In this document: positions 1-10,364 of the stretch, piece after piece
Position numbering within the stretch: the first letter of the stretch is position 1
Layout: every line of letters begins with the position of its first letter
Assembly: GCA_017435465.1 (NCBI GenBank)
Contig: JAFSEX010000005.1
Span: forward strand, 134,793-198,792
Length of the DNA stretch: 64,000 bases
Source of the DNA: Bacilli bacterium
GTDB taxonomy: Bacteria; Bacillota_I; Bacilli_A; RF39; UBA660
Direction of reading: 5' to 3'
Notes under the pieces: generated by a model
Database searches by the model: none
Seen by the model: the letters and a program-made list of their open reading frames with translations, nothing else
What the model was told of the DNA's origin: nothing
Position numbers and translations under genes: made by a program

Positions 1-219
1 GATTGGTTTGTACGAAAATGTTTATGGTCAACCGCATCATCAGTTAAATCAACTGCTGCAAGTATTAAAAAATTTTATCAATGTATGAATGAATTAGGTT
101 ATGTTGATAAAAGTGACTATAGTATGCTATGCGATGAAATTAAAGATTCTATGGAGTTTTGGATTGAAAATGTAGAAGAATATAATTCTGGTGATTTTGA
201 TTATTATGGTATATTTTAA
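1..219 (+). CDS. 3' end of an upstream gene (hypothetical protein, C-terminal 72 aa)
   Basis: Frame 1 is open from the window edge to TAA at 217-219 (..FYQCMNELGYVDKSDY..GDFDYYGIF*). No recognisable motif. Confidence 0.35.
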   Translation, partial: DWFVRKCLWSTASSVKSTAASIKKFYQCMNELGYVDKSDYSMLCDEIKDSMEFWIENVEEYNSGDFDYYGIF

Positions 220-252
220 AAATTATTGAAAAATATTCAGAGGTGATTAATT

Positions 253-594
253 ATGAAACATGAAATGAGATTACATAATGAACCATTTGAATTAATTAAA
301 AATGGTACAAAAACTATTGAATTAAGACTTAATGATGAAAAAAGACAACTAATCAATATTGGTGATGTAATAGAATTTGAAAACAGGACTACATTAGAAA
401 AAATAAGTGTTAAAGTTATAAATCTTCATAAATATAATAGTTTTGAAGATTTATATAAACACTTTGATAAAATATCTATGGGATATAGTGAAGATGAAGA
501 AGCAAATCCTAAAGATATAGAAAAATACTATTCAAAAGAAGAACAAAATAAATATGATGTTGTAGGGATAGAAATGAAATTAATAGAAAAATAG
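253..594 (+). CDS. ASCH (PUA-like) domain protein
   Basis: 113 aa. N-terminal pattern M.LHNEPFELIKNGTKTIELRLNDEKR..I..GD.IEF is typical of ASCH-domain proteins. RBS gaggtga lies upstream. Confidence 0.6.
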   Translation: MKHEMRLHNEPFELIKNGTKTIELRLNDEKRQLINIGDVIEFENRTTLEKISVKVINLHKYNSFEDLYKHFDKISMGYSEDEEANPKDIEKYYSKEEQNKYDVVGIEMKLIEK

Positions 595-607
595 TAAACT
601 TTTGTAA

Positions 608-635
608 AATCTCTTATCATTTAAGAGATTTTTTT
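608..635 (+). terminator. Rho-independent terminator
   Basis: Stem aatctctta/taagagatt (608-616/622-630) followed by a T-run at 631-635. Confidence 0.7.
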
Positions 636-659
636 GTATAATTAAATTGGTGATTAAAA

Positions 660-1574
660 ATGACTAATTTAAATAACTTAGTAGAAACTCTTAAAAATAA
701 TCAAAACTTAAAAGAAATTGATAAAGAAATAATAGTTGATTTTGTAGGAGATTTATTAGAATTAGGTTATCCAACAATAGATTTAGATAATTTCACTCAA
801 AGTATGAAAGATTTTAGAATAGATACATATGCTGATATATATGAATCAAAAATTTCAGAATATGATAAAGAACAGAATAAAATGTTAGTTCATCAATTAA
901 TGTTTGAAAAACCTGAAAATATTACAAGCGAAGAATTAAAAAACAAAAAAGATTCAATAGATAGAAATTATAGATATCATATTTATAAATCTTTATTAAA
1001 ATGTGCATCAACTAAAAAAGAAAATGGAATAATATCAACAGGTGTTGTTGATAGCGAAAATAAAAATAATGCATTAAATGCGGCAATAACTGAAAGATTT
1101 ATAGAACTTATGCTTGGTTGTGAATATAATTTATTAGATTTAGAAATGGATAATTTCTCTAAAATTCAAGAAATAATAGGAATTGATACAATAATTGAAG
1201 CATATTTTAAAGCAGATTATAAAGCTTTAGAACAAGAATTTAATGCATATGATATTGACTTAAATGATTTATCAACTAAAATGGATAGAATAATGGATTT
1301 AAATTTAGGCAATAGTGTTGCAAATAATGATGAAACTTTAGTAAGTGATGTTGATAGAATACTAATGACTGGTTATGCAAAGAAAATATCTCGTGAAGAT
1401 ATCAATAATTTAAACATAGAAAATTATAGAGGTCATATTATAACAAAAGAAAGTGCACATACATATTCAAAACAACACTTAAATATATTTGAAAATACAG
1501 ATAGAAATATTGAATACTTTAATATGTTACTAAATGGAGTTATGGCATCAAAACAAGAAGTAAAGGAATACTAA
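660..1574 (+). CDS. hypothetical protein
   Basis: 304-aa ORF with RBS-like ggtga upstream. No motif I recognise. Confidence 0.5.
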   Translation: MTNLNNLVETLKNNQNLKEIDKEIIVDFVGDLLELGYPTIDLDNFTQSMKDFRIDTYADIYESKISEYDKEQNKMLVHQLMFEKPENITSEELKNKKDSIDRNYRYHIYKSLLKCASTKKENGIISTGVVDSENKNNALNAAITERFIELMLGCEYNLLDLEMDNFSKIQEIIGIDTIIEAYFKADYKALEQEFNAYDIDLNDLSTKMDRIMDLNLGNSVANNDETLVSDVDRILMTGYAKKISREDINNLNIENYRGHIITKESAHTYSKQHLNIFENTDRNIEYFNMLLNGVMASKQEVKEY

Positions 1575-1592
1575 AAATGGTATTCTTTTTTT
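1565..1592 (+). terminator. Rho-independent terminator
   Basis: Stem gaatac/gtattc followed by a T-run at 1586-1592. Confidence 0.6.
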
Positions 1593-1681
1593 GACAAATA
1601 AAATGTAAAGTTTTGTAAAATCTATTGTATTTAGATGTTTAAAAGTTTATATTATTATTATAGAGGGAGTGTGTGATACAT

Positions 1682-1879
1682 ATGATATATCCATCAATAG
1701 ATAAACTATTAAATATAGTTGATTCAAAATATGAATTAGTTCATATCGCTGCAAAACGTGCAAGACAAATAGAAAAAGAAAGTTTTTATCAAATGAAAGA
1801 AAATGAATATGAATCAGCTAAACCAATTGGTAGAGCATTAGAAGAATTATCTCAAGACTTAATTAAATTAAAAGATTAA
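1682..1879 (+). CDS. rpoZ: DNA-directed RNA polymerase subunit omega
   Basis: MIYPSIDKLL..SKYELVHIAAKRARQI is the RpoZ signature. ATG at 1682 is preferred over the in-frame GTG at 1673 given in the track. Confidence 0.85.
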   Translation: MIYPSIDKLLNIVDSKYELVHIAAKRARQIEKESFYQMKENEYESAKPIGRALEELSQDLIKLKD

Positions 1880-1936
1880 GTCTTTTTAACTAATTTAGAA
1901 TTTATGCATATAATATAGTAGAAAAACACACAAAAA

Positions 1937-1957
1937 GAGATGCATAAAACGCATCTC
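1937..1957 (-). terminator. Terminator of the minus-strand coat-protein gene
   Basis: Hairpin gagatgc/gcatctc. On the minus strand it is followed by tttttgtgtgttttt. Confidence 0.5.
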
Positions 1958-1986
1958 TAGCGGGGGATTAATAATGTGTGTTTTTT

Positions 1987-2463
1987 CTATAAACATTCAA
2001 CGTGAGTATCTTCTAAACATTTTAAAATTTTACAACAACATCCCATATCAATACTAAAGAAATCACTTGTTTTTACATATGGGAAACATGATGTTTGATC
2101 AGGATTAGGTGCTAAGCATCTAAAAGTACAAACACATCCATCAATTTTTTCTATTCTGAATATATTTGTTGTATTAGTATATCCATCTAGAGTATATTCT
2201 ATTAATAATGGATCACCACCACAAGAAAATAATTTTAAAGGTCTTGTATTACATTCTTGTACTTTTTTACAACAACCTAGAGTTGCTCTATCGCAAAATT
2301 CTTCTTCCTCCTCAAATCTTTCCGCACGTTCTTGTGCATTTAAAATTCTTTGTAATATTTGTATAATACCATCATTTTCACAGTTACATCCACATCCTTC
2401 ATTGTTTCTTTGGAATGTATTGGCTGCTGATGCCATTGATGCTTGATTATCAAAACATGACAT
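1987..2463 (-). CDS. CotY/CotZ/ExsY-family cysteine-rich spore coat protein
   Basis: 158 aa with many Cys. The C-terminal FRIEKIDGCVCTFR..DFFSIDMGCCCKILKCLEDTHVECL resembles the CotZ/CotY C-terminus (..VDLDCFCAINCLN..). It is a paralog of 60707-61150. Confidence 0.7.
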   Translation of the reverse strand: MSCFDNQASMASAANTFQRNNEGCGCNCENDGIIQILQRILNAQERAERFEEEEEFCDRATLGCCKKVQECNTRPLKLFSCGGDPLLIEYTLDGYTNTTNIFRIEKIDGCVCTFRCLAPNPDQTSCFPYVKTSDFFSIDMGCCCKILKCLEDTHVECL

Positions 2464-2576
2464 ATTTTTTTGATCTCCTTTCTATTTACACTTTAATATA
2501 TTCGACTTTTTTTCTAAAGAATAATTATAATAACCAAATTTATTAAAAATTTAATATTTACTTTTCGAACAAACGT

Positions 2577-3383
2577 ATGTTACAATTAAAAAGGGTGATA
2601 CATGTGGAAATAACAAAATTTAAAAAGAAAAATAAAGATCAATATGAACTATATTTAGATAATAATCAAAAAATAAATGTTTATGAAGATGTAATTATTA
2701 AAAATAATTTACTTGTTAATAAATATATAGATGAAGAATTACTAAATAAAATAAATAAAGATAATAATTCATCAAGTATATATTCAAAATGCATAAAATA
2801 CATTAGTTTAAGAATTAGAAGTGAAAAAGAAATACGTGATTATTTAGAAAAAAACGAATATGACATAGAACTTATCAACAAAACTGTTGATAGACTTAAA
2901 AATAATAAATTAATTAATGATAACTTGTTTACAGAGTCATTTATAAATGATAAAACAATACTTACAAATTATGGACCATTAAAAATTAAAAATGAGTTAT
3001 CAAAACATAAAATAGATATAAATGTAATCAATGAATATTTAGAAAAAGTTGATAAATCCATTTTTGATGAAAAAATAGAAAAAATAATAAATAAATATAT
3101 TAAAAATAATACTAAATATTCAAATACAATGTTAAAAAATAAAATACAAACACATTTAACGGATTTAGGATATCCAAAAGAAATGTATATATATAAATTA
3201 GATGAAACAAACATACACGAAAATGATGCGATTTTAGAAAAGGAATTTCAAAAAGAATATAAGAAACTATCAAGAAAATATACTGATAATGAACTTAAAT
3301 TAAAACTTAGACAAAAAATGTATCAAAAAGGATTTAATGTGTCAAAAATAGATAAATTTATAGATGAATTTATCCATTTATAG
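2577..3383 (+). CDS. recX: recombination regulator RecX
   Basis: 268 aa. KCIKYISLRIRSEKEIRDYLEKNEY plus repeated three-helix modules is typical of RecX. The true start may be the in-frame GTG at 2604, after aagggtga. Confidence 0.7.
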   Translation: MLQLKRVIHVEITKFKKKNKDQYELYLDNNQKINVYEDVIIKNNLLVNKYIDEELLNKINKDNNSSSIYSKCIKYISLRIRSEKEIRDYLEKNEYDIELINKTVDRLKNNKLINDNLFTESFINDKTILTNYGPLKIKNELSKHKIDINVINEYLEKVDKSIFDEKIEKIINKYIKNNTKYSNTMLKNKIQTHLTDLGYPKEMYIYKLDETNIHENDAILEKEFQKEYKKLSRKYTDNELKLKLRQKMYQKGFNVSKIDKFIDEFIHL

Positions 3384-3404
3384 TATAATCATAAATGAAA
3401 GCTG

Positions 3405-4370
3405 GTGAAGTGTATGAACAAAAAAGTAGTAGTGCTTGGTGGTGGAACCGGGTTATCAACTTTACTTAGAGGATTAAAACAATTTCCTGTTGATATAACT
3501 GCAGTTGTATCTGTTAGCGATGATGGAAGTTCAACAGGAAGACTTAGAGAAGAATTTAATATACCTGCTATTGGGGATTTAAGAAATGTAATGGTAAGTT
3601 TATCAGAAGTTGAACCAATTTTGGAACAATTATTACAATATAGATTTAAAACTAATAGTGATTTAAATGGGCATCCAGTAGGAAATTTATTACTTGCAGC
3701 AATGTTAGATGTTACAGGTGATATGGTAGGTGCAGTTTCAGCATTTGCAAAAATTTTAAATATTAAAGGTAAAATTTTACCGTTTACTGAAGAGCAAACA
3801 ACTTTAATGGCTGAAACAAGTGATGGAGAAATTTTAGAAGGTGAATCAAAAATCACTAAAGCTGGAAAAGTAATAAAAACAATTTATTATAAAGAAACAC
3901 CAAAAGTTGTTCCTGAAGTAATCGATGCAATTTTAAATTCGGATTTGATTGTGTTCTCAACAGGTAGTTTATATACAAGTATATTACCAAATATAATTTG
4001 TGATGAAATGACAGAAGCTATTAAAAAGAGTAAAGCTAAAAAAATGTATATTTGTAATATAATGACTGAACATGGAGAAACGGATAATTTCAAAGTTAGT
4101 GATTATGTAAAAATATTAAACAAATATGTAGGAACTGATTTTTTAGATGCAGTAGTTGTAAATTCAAAATATATTGATGTAGATATACAAGATAGATATA
4201 AAAGATTAGAAAAAAGTGAACCTGTAATAGTAGATGAACACGAACTAAAAAAATTAAATATTGAAGTTATTGCTGATAACTTGGTACATATAAATGATAA
4301 AAATCAAGTTAGACATAACTCAATGAAAACTGCATTTTTAATCTTTTCATATCTAATTAGAGGTGAATAA
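3405..4370 (+). CDS. yvcK: YvcK/GlmR (CofD-like) gluconeogenesis/cell-shape factor
   Basis: VVVLGGGTGLSTLLRGLK N-terminus and the conserved yvcK-whiA gene pair. Confidence 0.85.
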   Translation: MKCMNKKVVVLGGGTGLSTLLRGLKQFPVDITAVVSVSDDGSSTGRLREEFNIPAIGDLRNVMVSLSEVEPILEQLLQYRFKTNSDLNGHPVGNLLLAAMLDVTGDMVGAVSAFAKILNIKGKILPFTEEQTTLMAETSDGEILEGESKITKAGKVIKTIYYKETPKVVPEVIDAILNSDLIVFSTGSLYTSILPNIICDEMTEAIKKSKAKKMYICNIMTEHGETDNFKVSDYVKILNKYVGTDFLDAVVVNSKYIDVDIQDRYKRLEKSEPVIVDEHELKKLNIEVIADNLVHINDKNQVRHNSMKTAFLIFSYLIRGE

Positions 4371-4371
4371 T

Positions 4372-5304
4372 ATGTCATTTACTACAATTGTTAAAAATGA
4401 AGTATCAAAATTAGAATGTGATAAAAATGAATTTATTTCAGAACTATGTGGATTTTTAATTAATAGTTCAATAATTATTGATAATAAAATAATTATTACA
4501 ACTGAGAATGCAAGTATAGCGCGTAGATATTTTAGTCTAATTAAAAAACTATATAATATAGTTCCAAAAATTACTGTTCGTAGACAATATAATTTCAATA
4601 GAAATAATTCATATATTTTAGAATACATTGATGATAAGCATACTATACTAAACGACTTATCACTAATTGAAAACAATCAAATTAAAACTTTACCTAATGA
4701 ATATTTAATTAGTGATGATGAAGAAATTAAAGCATACTTAAGAGGTTGCTTTATTTCTAGTGGTAGTGTAAATGATCCTAAAACTTCTAGATACCATCTA
4801 GAAATTTTAGTGAAAGAAAAAGGACAAGCTGATTTAATTAATAAGTTATTGAATCATTTAGAACTTAAAAGTAAAGTTTTAAATAGGTCAAAAGGTTATA
4901 TGATATATATAAAAGAATCTGAGAAGATTAGTGATTTTTTAAGAGTGATGAAAGCTTATTCATCAGTTTTATATTTTGAGGATATTAGAATATATAGAGA
5001 TCATGTAAATATGACAAATAGATTAAATAATTGTGAACAAGCAAATGTAGAAAAAACTATAAATACCGCATATAAACAAATTGAATATATTAATATAATT
5101 AAAGATAATGATGCATTAGATTTGTTAGATGAAAAAACTAAAGAAGTAATTAATTATAGATTAAAATATCCAGAATCATCATTACAAGAATTAAGCGATA
5201 TAATGAATTTAGAAACAAATATAAAACTAAGTAAATCCGGACTTAATCATAAATTTAGGAGTATAAAAGATTTAGCACTAAAACTAGAAAGTAGGGACAA
5301 GTAG
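4372..5304 (+). CDS. whiA: DNA-binding protein WhiA
   Basis: MSFTTIVKNEVS.., LAGLIDADG-derived middle domain and C-terminal HTH. ATG 4372 follows the agaggtga RBS. Lies directly downstream of yvcK. Confidence 0.9.
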   Translation: MSFTTIVKNEVSKLECDKNEFISELCGFLINSSIIIDNKIIITTENASIARRYFSLIKKLYNIVPKITVRRQYNFNRNNSYILEYIDDKHTILNDLSLIENNQIKTLPNEYLISDDEEIKAYLRGCFISSGSVNDPKTSRYHLEILVKEKGQADLINKLLNHLELKSKVLNRSKGYMIYIKESEKISDFLRVMKAYSSVLYFEDIRIYRDHVNMTNRLNNCEQANVEKTINTAYKQIEYINIIKDNDALDLLDEKTKEVINYRLKYPESSLQELSDIMNLETNIKLSKSGLNHKFRSIKDLALKLESRDK

Positions 5305-5305
5305 T

Positions 5306-5824
5306 ATGATAAATTTATATATAGATTTTGATGGTGTAATAATGAATACAATTGAAGTGGGATATAAAAAGATTACTGATAGCGGAAAAGAAATAAATGA
5401 AGAAACTTGTACAGAAATGTATAGTAATCTTAATTGGAAAGTATTTATAAATAAAGAATGTTCTGAGATTAATAATTCAATCGAATGTATTCAAAAAATA
5501 ATAGATAGTAATATGTTTAACATAAATATATTATCACACGTAAATTCCTTAGAAGAAGCAATTGCTAAAATAGAATATATTAGAAAATATTTTAAAGATA
5601 TTACTTTTATTCCTGTGCCAAAGAAAATTTCAAAAACAAAAATGGTACATACAAAAGATGCAATACTAATTGATGATTTTGCTGGTAATTTAAGAGAATG
5701 GACAAAGGCTGGAGGAATTGGTGTTAGATTTTCCGAAAAATTAAATAGTAAAGGATTTTATGTTATTAATCATTTAGATCAAATAATAGATATAGTAAAC
5801 AATGAGGTGAATATTTATGGATAA
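5306..5824 (+). CDS. HAD-superfamily hydrolase, 5'(3')-deoxyribonucleotidase-like
   Basis: N-terminal IDFDGV (the DxDG HAD motif I) and C-terminal ILIDDF..NL..W...GG. Confidence 0.45.
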   Translation: MINLYIDFDGVIMNTIEVGYKKITDSGKEINEETCTEMYSNLNWKVFINKECSEINNSIECIQKIIDSNMFNINILSHVNSLEEAIAKIEYIRKYFKDITFIPVPKKISKTKMVHTKDAILIDDFAGNLREWTKAGGIGVRFSEKLNSKGFYVINHLDQIIDIVNNEVNIYG

Positions 5825-6683
5825 GAATTATGATATATTATCTATTTTAGAAAGTAAACAAATTGATTTAGATATGTTTATTATGTTAATCTTTGAAAAT
5901 TATCAAAAAAGAAAAAAAGAAGGTAATTTATATTCAAAAGATAATTATATTCCACAAAATATTATTAAAGCATATTATTCTGAAATAGATAATCCAAGAT
6001 TTGATAGTTTAGTTAATAAGTTTAAAAACAATTATATTAAAAATGAGAACGAAATAGAAAATGTTCATGAAAAATGTGAAAGGGAAGGACTAGAAGTTGC
6101 ATACGATTATATTCATAATGAAAAGAGAATGAATAATATTAATATTTATACGGTTTTAAGATTGCATCAATTAATTTATTCAAAAGCACCACATCCAGAA
6201 TTTGGGGGCAAATTAAGAAATCAACCCATTTTTTTACCTAATAGTGGAGTAGAAACGGAAGATTGGAGTTTTATTCCTCAAAAATTAAATGAATTATATT
6301 TACCAACACAGGATTTAATAAAAAGGGGATTACAACTTAAAAATGATAAAATAAGTAATATTGATAATATCATAGAATATATAGATGAATGTGTAGAACT
6401 AAAATGTAAATTAATTAAAATGCATCCATTTTTAGATGGGAATGGAAGATCAATAAGAGCATTTACAAATTTGTTATTTATTATTGCGGACATTCCACCA
6501 ATATATATAAAAGCTAGAGAAAGAGAAGAATATGGCAAAGTAATGAATATGGCAATAGTAGATGGTGATTTGACACAAATTAAAAGATTTTACTATTATA
6601 AAATATGTGATTCAATATATGAATTAGATATAAAACCAAAATTATCACAAGAAGTGGATGAAAGTGTTAGAAAAAAGTCTTAG
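5817..6683 (+). CDS. Fic-domain protein (AMPylase family)
   Basis: Canonical Fic motif HPFLDGNGRSIR. Confidence 0.8.
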   Translation: MDKNYDILSILESKQIDLDMFIMLIFENYQKRKKEGNLYSKDNYIPQNIIKAYYSEIDNPRFDSLVNKFKNNYIKNENEIENVHEKCEREGLEVAYDYIHNEKRMNNINIYTVLRLHQLIYSKAPHPEFGGKLRNQPIFLPNSGVETEDWSFIPQKLNELYLPTQDLIKRGLQLKNDKISNIDNIIEYIDECVELKCKLIKMHPFLDGNGRSIRAFTNLLFIIADIPPIYIKAREREEYGKVMNMAIVDGDLTQIKRFYYYKICDSIYELDIKPKLSQEVDESVRKKS

Positions 6684-6706
6684 CACTCACTATTGACAAG
6701 TGCTAA
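6680..6706. promoter_or_regulatory. CIRCE-like HrcA operator upstream of clpB
   Basis: TTAGCACTC-actattgac-AAGTGCTAA versus the consensus TTAGCACTC-N9-GAGTGCTAA, with one mismatch. It overlaps the -35 box. Confidence 0.65.
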
Positions 6707-6720
6707 AAAAGTGATATAAT
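6693..6720 (+). promoter_or_regulatory. sigmaA-type promoter for clpB
   Basis: TTGACA (6693-6698), 16-nt spacer, TATAAT (6715-6720). Confidence 0.55.
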
Positions 6721-6726
6721 TATTAA

Positions 6727-6753
6727 GTGAATGGAAGTGCCATTCACTTTTTT
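6727..6753 (+). terminator. Terminator-like hairpin in the clpB leader
   Basis: Stem gtgaatgg/ccattcac, loop aagtg, T-run at 6748-6753. It sits between the promoter and the clpB RBS. Confidence 0.4.
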
Positions 6754-6781
6754 GATAGAATAATTAGAAAGGACTGATATT

Positions 6782-8896
6782 ATGAACAATAACATGAATC
6801 CTTTTGCAGAATCTATTCAAAATCCTCTTGAAAAATTTGGTAGAAATATAGTTGAAGAAGTTAAGAAAGGAAAAATAGATCCTGTAATTGGTAGAGATGA
6901 AGAAGTAAGAAATATTACAAGAATTTTATCTCGTAAAACTAAAAATAATCCAGTTTTAATTGGTGAACCAGGTGTAGGTAAAACTGCAATTGTTGAAGGA
7001 CTTGCTTGGAGAATTGTAAAAGGTGATGTCCCAAACAGCCTAAAAGATAAATCAATTTTTGAACTTGATATGGGTGCTTTAATTGCAGGTGCTAAATATA
7101 GAGGTGAATTTGAAGAAAGATTAAAAGCTGTTCTAAAAGAAATAAAAGAAAGCGATGGAAAAATAATTTTATTTATAGATGAAATACATATGATAGTTGG
7201 TGCAGGTGCAACCGATGGGGCAATGGATGCGGGTAATATGTTGAAACCATTACTTGCTCGTGGTGAAATTCATACAATTGGTGCAACTACATTAAATGAA
7301 TATAGAAAATATATTGAAAAAGATGGTGCTCTTGAAAGACGTTTCCAAAAAGTAATAGTTTCTGAACCTAATGTATTAGATACAATTACAATATTACGTG
7401 GTTTAAAACAAAGATTTGAAGTTCATCATGGAGTTACAATATCTGATAAAGCATTAGTTGCTGCAGCTAATATGTCAAATAGATATATTACTGATAGATT
7501 TTTACCTGATAAGGCAATAGATCTTATTGATGAAGCTTGTGCAACAATAAAAGTACAAATGGATTCTGTACCAGTTGAATTAGATACACTAACTCGTAAA
7601 ATAATGAGATTAGAAATAGAAAAACAAGCTTTAAAAAAGGAAAAAGATGACATAAGTAAAAATAGAGTTGAAAAAATTAATGATGAGTTAGAAACTTTAA
7701 AAGCAAAAGAAGATAATATTCGTAAATCTTGGGAAGAAGAAAAATCTATAAATATAAATATTAATAAAAAGAAACAAGAACTAGAAGATGCAAAATTCAA
7801 ATTAGAAACTGCTGAAAATAATTATGATTTAGAAAGTGCAGCTAGACTAAGACACGGAACAATACCAAAATTAGAAACTGAACTTTCTGAATTAAAGAAA
7901 AAAGATTCTAATAAAATGTTAAGTGATACTGTTAGTGAAGAAGATGTAGCAAGTATTATTTCACGTTGGACTAAAATACCTATAACTAAATTAGTTGAAG
8001 GTGAAAAGGAAAAGTTATTAAATTTAGAAGAAAATATGAAAAAAAGAGTAATTGGTCAAGACAATGCATTAGAGTTAGTTAGTGAAGCAATAATTAGAGC
8101 TCGTGCAGGAATTAAAGATCCGAATAGACCAATTGGTTCATTCATATTTTTAGGACCAACAGGCGTTGGTAAAACAGAAGTTGCGCGCACATTAGCCTAC
8201 GAACTATTCGATGATGAAAAACATATTATTAGAATTGATATGAGTGAATATATGGAAGCTCATTCAGTTGCTAGATTAATTGGTTCTCCTCCAGGATATG
8301 TTGGATATGATGATGGAGGACAATTAACAGAAGCTGTAAGAAGAAATCCATATAGTATAATTTTATTTGATGAAATTGAAAAGGCTCATAGAGATGTATT
8401 TAATATATTATTACAAATATTAGATGATGGTAGAATTACAGATGGGCAAGGTAGAACTGTAGATTTTAAAAACACTATAATAATAATGACTTCTAACTTA
8501 GGTAGTGAATATATATTAAGTGAAGAATCAAAAGCAAATGAACTTGTTATGAAAGAGTTAAGAAACACATTTAGACCAGAATTCATAAATCGCATTGATG
8601 AAATAATTATATTTAATTCATTAAATCAAAAAACTATGTATAAAATTCTAGATAAACTAACTTTTGAATTAAATAAAAGATTAAGTGATAAAAATGTTAA
8701 TATTACTTTAACTGAAGAAGCTAAAAATTATATTGTTTCACATGGTAGTGATTCAATATATGGAGCTCGTCCACTAAAAAGATTTGTAAGTAAAAATATT
8801 GAAACATTACTTGCTAAAGAATTGGTTTTAGATAATATAAAATATGGAGAGCAATTAACAATAGATGTTGATAATAATAAATTAGTTATAAAATAA
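6782..8896 (+). CDS. clpB: ClpB disaggregase lacking the N-terminal domain
   Basis: Two AAA+ modules ([15 protein letters not shown]; [15 protein letters not shown]) and a coiled-coil middle domain. The protein begins at the position equivalent to the internal-start short ClpB isoform. Confidence 0.9.
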   Translation: MNNNMNPFAESIQNPLEKFGRNIVEEVKKGKIDPVIGRDEEVRNITRILSRKTKNNPVLIGEPGVGKTAIVEGLAWRIVKGDVPNSLKDKSIFELDMGALIAGAKYRGEFEERLKAVLKEIKESDGKIILFIDEIHMIVGAGATDGAMDAGNMLKPLLARGEIHTIGATTLNEYRKYIEKDGALERRFQKVIVSEPNVLDTITILRGLKQRFEVHHGVTISDKALVAAANMSNRYITDRFLPDKAIDLIDEACATIKVQMDSVPVELDTLTRKIMRLEIEKQALKKEKDDISKNRVEKINDELETLKAKEDNIRKSWEEEKSINININKKKQELEDAKFKLETAENNYDLESAARLRHGTIPKLETELSELKKKDSNKMLSDTVSEEDVASIISRWTKIPITKLVEGEKEKLLNLEENMKKRVIGQDNALELVSEAIIRARAGIKDPNRPIGSFIFLGPTGVGKTEVARTLAYELFDDEKHIIRIDMSEYMEAHSVARLIGSPPGYVGYDDGGQLTEAVRRNPYSIILFDEIEKAHRDVFNILLQILDDGRITDGQGRTVDFKNTIIIMTSNLGSEYILSEESKANELVMKELRNTFRPEFINRIDEIIIFNSLNQKTMYKILDKLTFELNKRLSDKNVNITLTEEAKNYIVSHGSDSIYGARPLKRFVSKNIETLLAKELVLDNIKYGEQLTIDVDNNKLVIK

Positions 8897-8916
8897 AAAG
8901 TGTTTGATTACACTTT

Positions 8917-10215
8917 TTATTTATTTTTTAAACTTTTATTAACTAATTTATAATGATGTAGAGTAACATATAAAACATTCACTATAGTAGCAATTATTAA
9001 TGGATACATTCCAATTCTAAGTAAAGATAATCCAAATAATAATATACATTTAATTATAATTCCTATTAGGGTTGCACTAAAGGCATCACGAGCTTTATTC
9101 ATTGCTTGCAAAGCACTTGTTAAAGGACCTTGAATATAGAATATTAAAAAGAATGGAGCTAAAACTCTTAAATAATTTACACCTTCAGTAGTGTTATAAA
9201 ATAATTTTAAGAAAAATTTAGGGAAAATAATTAAAGCACTTGTAACAATTAATCCTATACTAAATGAAATTACGCACGCTTGTTTAATTTTTTCTTTAGC
9301 ATGTTTTATGTGTCCATTAGAATAACTTTTACTTATTACAGGAATTAACGCTTGAGAAATTGCCATCGCGAAAAATGAAGGCATTAATAATGTTTGAATA
9401 ACATATCCAGAAATTATTCCATATTCATAGGTTATAAATTTAGTAGAGTAGCCTACTAAAAGCATAGTTTGTGTAATGATTATTGGTTCTAAAAAATAAC
9501 CAAGTGATCCAACTAACCTAGAAGAAGTTGTTGGAATAGATATTTGCATTACATCTTTAATTATTGATTTATCAGGTTTTAATTCTTCTTTTGTAACTCT
9601 AAATTTTTTTGGTAAATAAAAATATAAAATTAAAATAGATAATAATTCACTAACAACATTATAAATAACTAATCCTGCTACTGCAAAATTTATACCTCGT
9701 TTTAAAAGAATAGGAGTAATAAAAATTATTATTATTAGTCTTATAATTTGTTCAAAAACATTTGATACAACGTGTGGAATCATTTTTTGTTTTCCAAAAA
9801 AATATCCACGAGCAATACTTGAAATACCAATAAAGGGTAGGGTAAATCCAATGCAGACAATTGGTAAATATGTATTACTATTTTTTAATAAAATATTTGA
9901 CATAAAAGGAGCAATTAAAAATATTAATAATATTAATAATGTATTAAATATTATTGATACGAAGATTGTAGAAAATATAATTTTTTTATTATTTGTTTTA
10001 TCCTCACTTACTAACTTTGAAATCGCAATTGGAAAACCCAGTTGTGATAGTGTAATAAATAAATTAAAAGTAGGAGTAATTAACATGTAAAGTCCAATAC
10101 CTTCGGTTCCAACAATTCTTGTGGTAAAAACTTTAATAATCATTCCTAAAATTTTAGTAAGAAACCCTCCTAATACTAAAATAAGTGTAGATTTTATAAA
10201 AATATTCTTATTCAT
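8917..10215 (-). CDS. MOP-superfamily flippase (MurJ/SpoVB-like)
   Basis: 432-aa polytopic membrane protein. The N-terminus ..LILVLGGFLTKILGMIIKVFTTRIVGTEGIGLYML is typical of SpoVB/MurJ-type polysaccharide/lipid II flippases. Confidence 0.7.
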   Translation of the reverse strand: MNKNIFIKSTLILVLGGFLTKILGMIIKVFTTRIVGTEGIGLYMLITPTFNLFITLSQLGFPIAISKLVSEDKTNNKKIIFSTIFVSIIFNTLLILLIFLIAPFMSNILLKNSNTYLPIVCIGFTLPFIGISSIARGYFFGKQKMIPHVVSNVFEQIIRLIIIIFITPILLKRGINFAVAGLVIYNVVSELLSILILYFYLPKKFRVTKEELKPDKSIIKDVMQISIPTTSSRLVGSLGYFLEPIIITQTMLLVGYSTKFITYEYGIISGYVIQTLLMPSFFAMAISQALIPVISKSYSNGHIKHAKEKIKQACVISFSIGLIVTSALIIFPKFFLKLFYNTTEGVNYLRVLAPFFLIFYIQGPLTSALQAMNKARDAFSATLIGIIIKCILLFGLSLLRIGMYPLIIATIVNVLYVTLHHYKLVNKSLKNK

Positions 10216-10319
10216 AGTTCACCTTCATATCTATAATAAATATATGAATGAATACTTGTGAAAATGTATATTCTATGTTATTATGTATATAGGTGAGTGA
10301 AAACTCATAAAATAAAAAA

Positions 10320-10356
10320 GGATACATTTGACTCTCGTGAATCAAATGCTTTCCCT
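10320..10356 (+). repeat. Left copy of an inverted repeat with a hairpin
   Basis: ggatacatttga-ctctcgtgaa-tcaaatgctttccct. Its reverse-complement partner is at 21007-21037. Internal 7-bp stem catttga/tcaaatg. Confidence 0.5.
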
Positions 10357-10364
10357 ATTCGGGT

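Noticed and set aside
3389-3856. 155-aa minus-strand ORF, and similar antisense ORFs (e.g. 7426-7800, 12881-13327, 22636-23046, 38509-38865, 54355-54882, 56121-56543)
   Set aside because: All lie wholly inside well-supported plus-strand genes (yvcK, clpB, the PEP-utilising enzyme, secDF, ppdK, ftsA, ftsZ) and lack RBSs or motifs. They are shadow ORFs.
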